Assembly: GCF_001194135.2 (NCBI RefSeq)
Contig: NC_068982.1
Span: 18,897,368 to 18,958,399 of the forward strand
Direction: 5' to 3'
Source of the DNA: Octopus bimaculoides
Taxonomy: Eukaryota
DNA length: 61,032 nt
The translations under genes and the position numbers were made by a program. Of this stretch, positions 1 to 11,324 are shown one piece after another. The number at the start of each line of letters is the position of its first letter. The stretch's first letter is position 1. The notes under the pieces are model-generated. The model saw only the letters and a list, made by a program, of their open reading frames with translations. It ran no database searches and was not told the origin of the DNA.

Positions 1-110
1 TTGAACTCAATCCTCCGATGACAATAGTGATAACATTTATGTTCGACGCCCGTAGTTGCCCCATCTTAGCGATCTCAATTCTCAGGTCTCTATATTTATC
101 AACGTTTTCT
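1..110 (-). mobile_element. R4/Dong-like non-LTR retrotransposon fragment (RLE endonuclease C-terminus)
   Basis: Minus strand translates RENVDKYRDLRIEIAKM then, after a frameshift, NINVITIVIGGLSS. This matches the EK..KY.DL..EI..MW...V.P+V+G.LG pattern of RLE-type LINEs. It abuts an (ATT)n array. Confidence 0.65.
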
Positions 111-111
111 C

Positions 112-165
<54 letters not shown>
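111..165. repeat. (ATT)n microsatellite
   Basis: Pure ATT run seen directly. Confidence 0.95.
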
Positions 166-166
<1 letters not shown>

Positions 167-399
167 GAAAACCCAGCAAATACCCCATTTTAGCGCGAGG
201 ATAACTACAGTCATCCGAAGAGCCATAAGAACAGACTTGCTTATATTTCCATTCTATTTTCGAATCCATCTCAAATACTGAGTATTTTTCGACAATAAAC
301 TGCAAGCACGCTAACAAGTATCTGACTCGAGTCTCTCCCTTGCGCCTGTGCACTCGTTAGATATTTGAGGCGAACTTACAATGAGACAGGTCGTATTCT

Positions 400-1380
400 A
401 CATGTTGGGAATCACCTTAAAAATAGAGAACCGAAAAGAACATCATCGACACTTTATGATTTTTTTCTATTATAAAAGAGGCAACAAAGCGGCGGAAACC
501 TTCGGGAGATATGTGTTGTGTACAGAGAGAATGCTGTTAGAATACCTGAGTGGCAGAAGTAATTTTCAAGATTTCTATCTAGTAAGTTTTCAGTTCAAGG
601 TGCACCACGCTTTGGCTCGCCAACTCAAATTAACACACAAATTGGAGATAGTCGACCACCAAACCCCACTATACAGCTAGGATGATCACATAATCTCCAA
701 ACATCCAAATCCAGTGTTGAAATCTCTCTGCATGAACTTCTTTACGTCAGCATGCTCGAAGTGTCGGTCTCACATCAGTTGAATGAGACTAACATCGCCT
801 AATATTTTTCCATCGGCTATTCATTGGAGAAACGTGTAGAAAGTACACCTTGTTGAAGCGAATGGATCGTCTATAAAAATGTCAACCGCAAATGATCATA
901 GGAAATGAGTGGCAAACAACCACAAACAAATTCCAAAACAGGATTCCATCCATAGTAGTTCATGCGTTCATTTTGCGACATTTAAAGGTCGTCTTCTACG
1001 AGCTCCGTTCAACGTACGGGTATGTACTGTAACCGGCTGGAAAAGTTAAACACACCAGAAACGTCCAGTTAATCCAGTGACTGGATTTTGTCTGGGACGT
1101 ATTTGTCCAATTTTGTGACTTCGGATTTCCGCCTGTTTCCCTCTCTTCAGTATTCGCTGATTAGACAACCCTTCAACTTTGGAAGGATGTAAAAGTTCAC
1201 ATGGAAGAGTTTTCTGCCACTTAACTAGGAAATAATCTTCCTATAAGATAACAAAAGATACTGGAAGGTACGGTAATTATATTAGTGATTGAATAAATCA
1301 CTTTGTTTATAAAACCTCATCTTGATTAAAAATAAAAAAACGCAGAAAAAATAGACTACTGTTTGATCAACACAGCATAT
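400..1380 (+). mobile_element. Decayed mariner-type DNA transposon (transposase pseudogene)
   Basis: Frameshifted peptides IENRKEHHRHFMIFFYYKRGNKAAET, D.KGVVFYEL-like, GWDV, DFRLFPSLQYSL and DVKVHMEEF are collinear with mariner transposases. A degenerate TIR-like end (gactactgtttgatcaacacagcata) lies near 1355-1380. Confidence 0.85.
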
Positions 1381-1599
1381 TTGTTTTGAATACGTATATT
1401 TGCATTATATCTCTATACATTTCTTGTATGTTTTCCCACTGCCAATCGTTCAGTTAAATTAATGTATATACTTAACGATTTGCATGCATAAAAAATGAAT
1501 ATTTTGTCCTTTCTTTTTCTCCTATTTAATTCTAGTTTAATTTGCTTCTGCTTTGCTTTTTCCTTCAGCATCTACAAATCACCATTATTTGAGGTTTAA

Positions 1600-1860
1600 T
1601 GTTGGTTTTGATAGTCGCATTTCCTCCTTGTAGTATTAGATGTCAGTTGATTATATCTTTAATTCAGCAAATCGAAAATCAAAATTTTGTCATCAATGAA
1701 CAGATCATTTATACAACCTTCATGTACCGGGCTAACGAAATCTAATGTTTTACTTATAGATATGCATAGATGTTTGACTTGTTGGAGGTTCACTCTTATA
1801 TCTAAAACGAGTAGGGATATCAAGGAGATGGGCCTTTGTCATCTGGTATTAGAATTTGTC
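1600..1860 (-). mobile_element. Possible decayed non-LTR RT fragment
   Basis: Minus frame reads NTR*QRPISLISLL...DFVSPVHEGCINDLFIDDKIL, resembling the RT RPISL and GF..G..GC...L.ID motifs. Weak and highly diverged. Confidence 0.35.
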
Positions 1861-2823
1861 ACTGTTTTTTTTTTTCAATGAAAATAGTGTTAATGCTGTT
1901 TCCTTTGCGTCGATTATATAATTCTCGAGGCAACCGGACTTTTGCAAACAATCAAACCACCAGATACATTTTTGAAGGGACAACGAATAGCAATAAAGGG
2001 GACTGTATTTAAATATATGCGTATGTATGTGTTTGTCTGCAAGTCTCTATGTATATGTGTGTTCATATCTGTGTCTCTGTATTTGTATGTAAGAATGTGT
2101 GAGTGCTTTTGTATTACTCCTTCACTTCAACAATTAATGAGAAATTAAATTAAAAAAAAAACATTATATCAAGATGCTTTTAATTAAATGGTACTTTAGA
2201 ATTCTTTAGTTTCACAGCAAGACATCTTGACAAACGTTGTTAGCATTTTAAGCATTTCATATTGGCTGCAATTTCATTAAAAATTTAAGCACAGAAAAGA
2301 AAATAACAGGAGATTGAAACAAAAAGTGTAGCAAAGAAACAAGTAGAACGAAGAATAAACATAAATACGGAATACAAAAATAATTAATTACTGAAATTTT
2401 CGGAGATGAGATCGAAAGGAAATAACTATAAAACTCAATTATAATATAGACTTATTAATCAAATAGATAATTGACTTTATTCTTGCTTTGGCGTCGGATA
2501 TATTAGATGCCGTGTAGACAATGTCACTACTACAGTTAGCAAACATACTGACAGATATAACAGTGAAATTTTATTCAACCAGGAACAATGCAGCAACTAT
2601 GAAGGTCACGTACAATTTTTGGTAAGTCGGCAACTGATAACTTAGACAATAGCGTCTCTTTATGTGAAAACATTTCCATTGAACTGAATGTGGATGAAAA
2701 CAAATGAATGTCTCTTATGAATATATGTTACATTTCGGCGGAGGTAACTTAAATGAGTCCTTCTATTCATTAAACATAAGTATGTGAACGTTTTCTCTAT
2801 TTTAATCTTCTGCCTATATATAT

Positions 2824-3547
2824 NNNNNNNNNNNNNNNNNNNNNNNNNNNNNNNNNNNNNNNNNNNNNNNNNNNNNNNNNNNNNNNNNNNNNNNNNNNNN
2901 NNNNNNNNNNNNNNNNNNNNNNNNNNNNNNNNNNNNNNNNNNNNNNNNNNNNNNNNNNNNNNNNNNNNNNNNNNNNNNNNNNNNNNNNNNNNNNNNNNNN
3001 NNNNNNNNNNNNNNNNNNNNNNNNNNNNNNNNNNNNNNNNNNNNNNNNNNNNNNNNNNNNNNNNNNNNNNNNNNNNNNNNNNNNNNNNNNNNNNNNNNNN
3101 NNNNNNNNNNNNNNNNNNNNNNNNNNNNNNNNNNNNNNNNNNNNNNNNNNNNNNNNNNNNNNNNNNNNNNNNNNNNNNNNNNNNNNNNNNNNNNNNNNNN
3201 NNNNNNNNNNNNNNNNNNNNNNNNNNNNNNNNNNNNNNNNNNNNNNNNNNNNNNNNNNNNNNNNNNNNNNNNNNNNNNNNNNNNNNNNNNNNNNNNNNNN
3301 NNNNNNNNNNNNNNNNNNNNNNNNNNNNNNNNNNNNNNNNNNNNNNNNNNNNNNNNNNNNNNNNNNNNNNNNNNNNNNNNNNNNNNNNNNNNNNNNNNNN
3401 NNNNNNNNNNNNNNNNNNNNNNNNNNNNNNNNNNNNNNNNNNNNNNNNNNNNNNNNNNNNNNNNNNNNNNNNNNNNNNNNNNNNNNNNNNNNNNNNNNNN
3501 NNNNNNNNNNNNNNNNNNNNNNNNNNNNNNNNNNNNNNNNNNNNNNN
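2824..3547. other. Assembly gap (first of 17). Others: 4030-4836, 13934-14394, 18008-18664, 19611-20025, 20506-20515, 23534-23738, 26909-27346, 30835-31112, 38384-38797, 39819-40291, 41068-41492, 43212-43346, 45800-45904, 50278-50956, 58202-58348, 58748-59061
   Basis: Runs of N, nearly all bordered by (TA)n or (CA)n. Confidence 0.98.
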
Positions 3548-4917
3548 ATATATATATATATATATATATATATACATGCATATAGATATGTATATACATA
3601 TATGCACATACATACATATAATGTGTGAGCAAACACAAGGAATATACTCTAATGCAATTTACTATGCTATGTCTAATCTATACTATTCCTTAGCAATGTG
3701 CGCTATATTCATCATGAAAGATTTATTAGCCCACATTGTGTGGCTCCTTGTAAATACAGCAAGCAATTTATAAGTGGTGACTGTTTTATTAGCTCTTTAG
3801 TGTGAGCTCCCTGTGAGTATCGTGCGGGTAATGATATGCAATGACAGGTAGATGAGAATTTGATACACGTTGATAAAATCTTTAAATGTTGGTCAATATA
3901 CGACATAGGTTATGAAGATAATACATACACACGCACACACACATGTGTATATACAAGCACACGCATACGCCTATATACATATATATGCATACATATATGT
4001 ATGCATATATATATATATATATATATATANNNNNNNNNNNNNNNNNNNNNNNNNNNNNNNNNNNNNNNNNNNNNNNNNNNNNNNNNNNNNNNNNNNNNNN
4101 NNNNNNNNNNNNNNNNNNNNNNNNNNNNNNNNNNNNNNNNNNNNNNNNNNNNNNNNNNNNNNNNNNNNNNNNNNNNNNNNNNNNNNNNNNNNNNNNNNNN
4201 NNNNNNNNNNNNNNNNNNNNNNNNNNNNNNNNNNNNNNNNNNNNNNNNNNNNNNNNNNNNNNNNNNNNNNNNNNNNNNNNNNNNNNNNNNNNNNNNNNNN
4301 NNNNNNNNNNNNNNNNNNNNNNNNNNNNNNNNNNNNNNNNNNNNNNNNNNNNNNNNNNNNNNNNNNNNNNNNNNNNNNNNNNNNNNNNNNNNNNNNNNNN
4401 NNNNNNNNNNNNNNNNNNNNNNNNNNNNNNNNNNNNNNNNNNNNNNNNNNNNNNNNNNNNNNNNNNNNNNNNNNNNNNNNNNNNNNNNNNNNNNNNNNNN
4501 NNNNNNNNNNNNNNNNNNNNNNNNNNNNNNNNNNNNNNNNNNNNNNNNNNNNNNNNNNNNNNNNNNNNNNNNNNNNNNNNNNNNNNNNNNNNNNNNNNNN
4601 NNNNNNNNNNNNNNNNNNNNNNNNNNNNNNNNNNNNNNNNNNNNNNNNNNNNNNNNNNNNNNNNNNNNNNNNNNNNNNNNNNNNNNNNNNNNNNNNNNNN
4701 NNNNNNNNNNNNNNNNNNNNNNNNNNNNNNNNNNNNNNNNNNNNNNNNNNNNNNNNNNNNNNNNNNNNNNNNNNNNNNNNNNNNNNNNNNNNNNNNNNNN
4801 NNNNNNNNNNNNNNNNNNNNNNNNNNNNNNNNNNNNTATATATATATATATATATATTTAACAGTTGATAGGCTACTGAATTTTTACTTTCGTTTTAGAT
4901 TTAAGAGTTGAGAAATA

Positions 4918-5960
4918 ATGAACGAAGACTGACTACGAATTGAGCAAACGAAATTTGTCGTTATCTCGGAGATTTAAAGCGCAGTCGACGTGGCAAATAG
5001 GTTTACGATGGGATTTAAAATAAATTCACGCACTTGACTTGCCTCCGCGCGATTTAGAGTTACGTTATAAGCACATGGAAATATTGAGAATGTCTACAAG
5101 ATATATACCAGAAGACAGCTGTCGTCGACAACCTCCGCGGAGCAAGGGAGAGGACAAAAAACATATTTACAAAGTTCAAGATACTCAGTTTAGCTAACGA
5201 CAGAGGAGACAGAAATTTCAAAAAGGCAGCGAGGTGGCAGAAACGTTAGCGGGCCGGGCGAAATGCTTGGCGGTATTTCGTCTGCCGTTACATTCAGAGT
5301 TCAAATTCCGCTGAGGTCTACTTTGCCTTTCATCATTACGGGGTCGATAAATTAAGTACCAGTTACGCACTGGGGTCGATGTAATCGACTTAATCCCTTT
5401 GACTGTCTTTGTTTGTCCCCTATATGTTTAGCCCCTTGTGAGCCGTAAAGAAATAAGAAATTACAAAAACAAGTGGGCATAGTATTTTAATACGCTGCCA
5501 TTGATAATCTTACATTTCAAGAATAATCAATGCTCTCAATGAAAATGAACAGGCCCGAAGAGAGTGTATTAGTAGTACTTGGCAATATCTGTAGAAGACA
5601 CACAATATTCCAGAAAATGTTTGCAATAATGATGCTGCATTTAAATTACACTACTCGATAAATTACCACTATTGCACCTACTGGATGCAATTAACATGTA
5701 CTAGAGACAATTAGTTATGCTCAGCTTCAAGAGAATTTTGAAGATGAGGAATTTTATTTCCAGCAAGATGGTCTACCCCTAAATTACCATGTTCTTTTGC
5801 CAAATTGGCGCATCAATATAAATACTCGCTGTTTAAATAGACCCCACAATGTTAGACACTTCGTATGCGAATAGCGACGAATTAAGAGCAGTCATAGAAT
5901 GACAGTGTGCAGAAATACACAACGAAATGTTGTAGTACACTAATCGGGATATGTTTTTAT
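4918..5960 (+). mobile_element. Decayed Tc1/mariner-superfamily (non-DD34D-type) transposase, interrupted by a SINE
   Basis: N-terminal LRIEQTKFV..AVDVANRF..RT*LA..AHGNIENVYK lies before the SINE. After it come ALNENEQARREC, NDAAFKLHYSINYHYCTYW and QLQENFEDEEFYFQQDGLPLNYH, matching the SDEA.FKL.G.+N.HNC.YW and FQQDGAPPHY motifs. Confidence 0.75.
5225..5455 (+). mobile_element. tRNA-derived SINE family A, tail type i, with 14-bp TSD
   Basis: Head ggcagcgaggtggcagaaacgttag (A box) and gagttcaaattcc (B box); body ctttgcctttcatc..ggggtcgataaattaagtaccag. TSD agaaatttcaaaaa (5211-5224) versus agaaattacaaaaa (5456-5469). About 10 homologous copies in the window. Confidence 0.92.
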
Positions 5961-6597
5961 CCCACTCATTACTAATATTTCTAATATCATCTACCATTGG
6001 CTAATTTATAACAAGTCCACAGAAATCGATACTATCATTTACATATTAACAGAAAAAAAATTCCTCTTTCATTCTTCTTAATCATTAACTCTATATGACC
6101 CTTGTCCTTGCATTTCTGTGACTAAATAATTTCAGTCTGTACGCATGAAGTATTTTTGTTAAATATATCTCCGATTATATTAGAACAAAGAGAGATAACA
6201 AAGGAATAAATGATTATCTTATGAACTTCATTATATAATATATATTCTTGAGAATACAGTGTGATTTGCTTGAACTTTGACTGCAATTCTTTTTTGAAGA
6301 CGTATTGTATTATTGGACACAGTATAATATATATTCATATATGTTAGTGTGAGTGAGTGAGTGAGCGAGTGCGTGCGTATGCATGTGTGTGTGTGTGTGT
6401 GTGTGTTTTGTGTGCGTGTCAGTTTGTTTGTCCACTGCTTAACAAATAGTCTCATAGCTTAACGGTTCGACCCAAACGATTGACAGAATAGATTCCAAAC
6501 TTTGAAAGTTAAGAAATCTCATTGCAGTCTAGTAAGAAAGGTTAAGGAATTGTCCCATCATGGCCCCATCCAAATGACTAAAATGAAGACAAGATAA

Positions 6598-6629
6598 CAC
6601 GTGCGTGCCCGCGCGCGCGCACACACACA

Positions 6630-6697
<68 letters not shown>
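6598..6697. repeat. (GC)n-(CA)n alternating purine-pyrimidine tract
   Basis: Seen directly. Confidence 0.9.
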
Positions 6698-6700
<3 letters not shown>

Positions 6701-8202
6701 ATAGATAGATAGAATGTAAAAATAGACAGTTACGCACGTTTATGATAAATATGTATGTTACAATTCGTAAATTATAATTTTTGCTATGACTGCTTAAGAT
6801 TGAAGATGTATGTCAGAGACATGGCGATAATAAATGAAATCAAGTAGTTAGTTATTCAATTATATGGAATACGAAAATTGGAATCTAAATTAAGTCTATT
6901 AAACGTTTAATGACGAGAGTCTTTAGAATGGCATTAGATGAAATTATTCAAATACAAAGTCACCAATAAGCGATTTGATTTTCATTTCAATACCATGTTT
7001 GAACCCTTTAAATATTCAATTTTGAAATATTAATTTTCATAATTGTCTTTTGAAATTTCCACCTGCTGACAAGCTCAAGCAAGAAGTAACGTATCTAGAG
7101 TATTAATAAATATTTAATTGGCCATTCATAATTTGCACCCTAATAGTTGTGTATATTTTGTTTTGCTGTGAACAGTTGCCCTTACGCCTATTTGTGTCAC
7201 TCAAAATTTCTCTTCTAGTATGTTCTTATTTCTGTTGGACATAAGCCGTTTATATATATATTACAAGCTGCTGAAACCCCTATGGTTAAAAGACGAGATT
7301 TAATTTCATAACGAAACAAACATAAGGCAACATGAAAATGTTCACATTCTACATTTTAATCTCGATACAAGAGTACGTATATATTTTTGCTCATCTTCTG
7401 TGTTACTGCTTACATCTATTTCACTACGTCTACATGCATTAATTTTGATGTTTGTTGAATATTTTAACGTCCTCGAAGTAAAATACAAAATAGGCACGCA
7501 TATACACACGCACACAATAACAGACAAACGGATAGATAGGTAAATAGAGAGATAAACCGATAGATAGATGGAGGGAGAGAGAGATGTATATTATCAGTGA
7601 AATATATAATCGCATTACTCGTTATGTGTCATATTGAAATCATTTAAAAGTATTCCTTTACGGAGGATATATTTTAAAAGAAAAGTGGGACAATATACCG
7701 CTTATCAATACATTCTGTGAGAACAAGAATAGGGAATCTTTTGATTTAGTACTGTGGAATTCAATGCTAATGCAGACCATCAAACAAAACAGCTCGTATT
7801 TCGATCATTTCCAAAGCATGTAATTTAAATAGCATACCTAATTATTCATGCAATATAACTATGTGACTATACCGTTACAGGTTGTTACTTTGCGTGATTA
7901 TAATAGCTAGTATTAGTACAAGTGTGGGATGAAAATTTCATAGGCTGTCTATGAAGTAGTGATGCTAGAAATCTTTCTCTGAAATCTTGAATGCGTTAAT
8001 TTCAAGACACCTTATTAGTAACTATATTGTTTCTTTCCAGCTTAACTGATATTTCTTGTGACTTCTCTCGAAATGGACAAAATTTGACATTGCGGTGTTA
8101 TCAAGTACCTTCAGAAAAAGCGTTTAACCACCAAGCCATTTCACGCTAACATGGTGGGTACTTTAGTGTATAACACTTCAGCTTCATCAACAGTTCGTAT
8201 AC

Positions 8203-8212
<10 letters not shown>

Positions 8213-8285
<73 letters not shown>

Positions 8286-8328
8286 CACACATACACGCAC
8301 ACACATACATGCACACACACACACACAT
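8213..8328. repeat. (TG)n followed by (CA)n microsatellite (self-complementary)
   Basis: Seen directly; centred on gtatac at 8281-8286. Confidence 0.9.
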
Positions 8329-8334
8329 ATATAA

Positions 8335-8900
8335 AGGAATGCAAAAAATGGGACAGGAACGCAAAACATCCAGGCATATGATACAAAAGAAGGGACAGAA
8401 AAACAAGGACGGGTCATTCGGTGTTATCTTTCCTCAGACGAGTTCCAGATTATCATTGCAATTTCGACTGGTTATACTCGAGATTCCGCCAATCTGGCCA
8501 GCCCCAAGGAAAAACTAAGCTAGGGTCACTAGATTCCTTGGAAGAAAGCAGCGAATGTATACGCAAACAAGGACGGGAAAAAACGGAGAAACGATACACA
8601 AATATAAATGCAACTAACAGGATATTAACAACAGGTGTCTTTCGATTAAGGACGAATTAAATTAAGCTGGCGTGTGTGGAAGTAATGCCTTACTGCAGGA
8701 ACATGAGATGACATGCATGGGGAGGAATATAGCTGTTGCACGGATGGTAGTCGAAACAAGAAAGAAAGGTCAGGCTTGGCCGAACACGGATCCCGTGGAG
8801 AGAGAGCAGAGAGTTAAAGGCAGAGAGATAGAAGAACTGGGGAGGGACGAGGAAAAAATAAAATGGACAGAGTGAAGTGAAAGAGGAGGGAAGGTGAAAT
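8335..8900. repeat. Probable unclassified interspersed repeat between microsatellites
   Basis: GC-richer island with an internal 13-bp direct repeat aaacaaggacggg (8401-8413, 8565-8577). Only one copy in the window; the repeat status is recalled, not shown. Confidence 0.35.
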
Positions 8901-8954
8901 ATGTGTGTATATATATACATAAAGAGAGTGATAGATAGAAAGATAGATAGATAT

Positions 8955-9351
8955 ATGCCGACTTTGAATTCAAGACGCTCAGTTTCCAGTCAGACTAAGT
9001 TTTGGTATTTCAATTAACAAATCTCCGAGTGAGTCCCTCAAGGTAGTTGGACTTGAGGTCTCTACTACATGCTTCTCCCACAGCCAACTCTATGTTGCTT
9101 CCTCGTGACTTGGAAGCAGCAACTATTAATTCATTTCCACACCTACAAAAAATTACACAATGAATATCGTTTACTCTGAGGTGTTTCAACATTGACAGAT
9201 TTTCGGTTAGAAAATCTGTTATCATTACAATTTGGATTTTAATAAAATATAGTTATCTTTAAATATTTATGAGAATATATCTTTGTATATATTGTTTACT
9301 AATCTGAATAATAACAGCAGTAAACCGAGCACCGCCACGTCATTCACGTAG
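8955..9351 (+). mobile_element. Helitron 3' fragment (PIF1-like helicase C-terminus plus 3' terminus)
   Basis: 8980-9195 reads QFPVRLSFGISINKSPSESLKVVGLEVSTTCFSHSQLYVASS*LG...NIVYSEVF, matching the Helitron FP+RLAFAMTINKSQGQ..VG..L....FSHGQLYVA.SRV..N+VY.EV pattern. A degenerate terminal motif ccgagcaccgccacgtcattcacgtag|t sits at 9325-9352. Confidence 0.88.
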
Positions 9352-9370
9352 TATATATATATATGTGTGT

Positions 9371-9407
<37 letters not shown>

Positions 9408-9419
9408 CGCATGTATAGC

Positions 9420-10750
9420 TTCGATAACTTAGATAAGTCTCGACCAGAGATTGGCCCAGGCTATGTCTAACTTAATAGTACCTCATGACAGGATTATCTA
9501 TATCCTTTTTAAGTCAGGTTTCGTGGTATCATGGTCAATTCGGGCAGGAATTTCTTGCTGAGCGACTTTTTTCCAGGTATAGGTGGCTTATCTGGTATTT
9601 CTTAAAGAAATATGTCCCAATTCCGTTTATAGGCGATGGGATACTTTTCTTGTTTGATCTGTTTCGGAACAATGTTAAATAGGGCAGGGTCTGTTGGTGA
9701 AAAGAAATTGCGTTGCAGTATATTTGTGTTGTGATCCTGAATTGGGCAGGGGATGTATGGCCCGTGGTCCTAACCTTCATTGAATTTTGAAGCTAATGTT
9801 GAGGTCATTTGTGCAATGCTGGTGGTGTATTGTCCACATCGTGCAAATGTTGTATCGCTCAAAGCAGCGCTGGAGAGAATAGAATTTCAAGGCTTTAAGG
9901 AGGTCCCAATAATTGAAATCAACCACGCCCTTAATTCTTTTAGTGAATGATGTCTGGGGTGATTGAATTTTTCACATGTTTTGTTTTGTATGGGGAGTCC
10001 ACAGGACGCAGCAGTATTCGTAGTGTGGGCATACAAAAGATGAGAAAAGACGAATGATGACACCATGTTCTCTGGACCGGAAGGTTCTTAGAATCCAAGA
10101 GCTCCTCCTACGAGCTATATCAATCTTATTGTTTATATGGGCACTCCAGCTGAGATTCTTATCAACAATAACTCCTAGGTCTCTGATAGTATTAGATGTT
10201 GTGAGTGATTCAACTGAAGGAAGAGAATATGGCTGTTTCAGCATAGTCTTTCTTCCAAAATGCACTGGTCTTTCTTCCAAAATGCATCAGTCGTTCTTCC
10301 AAAATGCATCAGTTCAAATTTTCCCACGTTTAGTTGCATTTTGTTTTTGTCTGCCTATTGACTCTCAGCATGGAGATCAGACCGGAGTTCAGTTCAGTCT
10401 TCTTCGTTGAAAATTTTCTGGAGCTTAGAGTCATCAGCGAATATTTTCACTTTGCTCTGCTTTATGACGCTGGAAAAGTCGTTTATATGGACGTTAAAGA
10501 GGAGCGGACCCAAGACAGTCCTCTGAAGGACTCCACTGGTAAATTTTGCTGACCTTGAGTGGATTCCACCGAACACATCATGTGTTCTGTTCTCCAGGAA
10601 ATAATCCCGTGTAGTAGTTTTCTACGGATTCCAACATTTGACAATTTTGGCAGGAAGATATTATGGTCAAGTCTGTCAAACGCTTAAACTGAGGTCAAGA
10701 TATATGACATCAGATTTCGGACCTGATCCAAAGGCTTTAAGGATATCATA
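9420..10750 (-). mobile_element. CR1-like LINE, family 1; 5'-truncated and decayed (RT plus C-terminus)
   Basis: Minus-strand peptides DVIYLDLS*AFDRLDH, SGVLQRTVLGPLLFNVHIND, KIFADDSKL, IRDLGVIVDKNLSWSAHI, WILRTFRSRE and LFNIVPKQIK..EIPDKP, with frameshifts. Confidence 0.93.
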
Positions 10751-11293
10751 TAAGTATGTATGTATTATTTATTTGTTATTGCATTTTATTTAGTTATTTA
10801 GTTATATACTAATATCATTTCATGTTTAATCTTGTTTACTACTATGTTGCTCTGTCTTTTCGTCTTCGCTTTTGTTTTCAACGACTTGGTTTATTTCGAC
10901 ATCTTTCTCGAAATACGTGTAAAATGCGTCACTGTGTGTCAGACTTCAGATATCTCTGTAACAGACTGCAAAGAATGAAATATACATCTGATGATCCTGT
11001 CCGGTTGAGTATACAAATGCACTTAGGTTATTGAATGAGGCATGTACAACAAATTATTATGAATTATATTATATTACAACCACGCAGTGAAGCAGGCTAA
11101 TATAACAATATCACATTCTGCTTTGATCTACTTTCAATAAAGTTCTATATTAGTCTAAAATGCTTACACATCATATTCGGAATTAGCCTGGAAGTAAGCA
11201 CAATAGATCAATCTCTGGAATTCTGTTTGTTCATTTTAACATTCACCTCCTTTAGGAGATTTCTTCTTCAACAGTTCATATATGCACGCATAC

Positions 11294-11324
<31 letters not shown>

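Noticed and set aside
2507-2621. Plus-strand exon candidate ending TTG|GTAAGT
   Set aside because: Good donor but ambiguous acceptor and frame, and no convincing partner exon or homology.
2660-4911. Long ORFs spanning N runs (and all similar X-rich ORFs in the track)
   Set aside because: Open only because N codons contain no stops; the flanks are (TA)n/(CA)n translations.
5225-5310. tRNA genes at A-box/B-box motifs
   Set aside because: They are SINE heads, continuing into shared bodies with TSDs; no complete cloverleaf is seen.
8041-8153. Plus-strand exon candidate after a strong acceptor
   Set aside because: The only open frame stops before a good donor; no support.
10980-11020. CTGATGA motif as a hammerhead core
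   Set aside because: No stem II/GAAA or stem I pairing follows.
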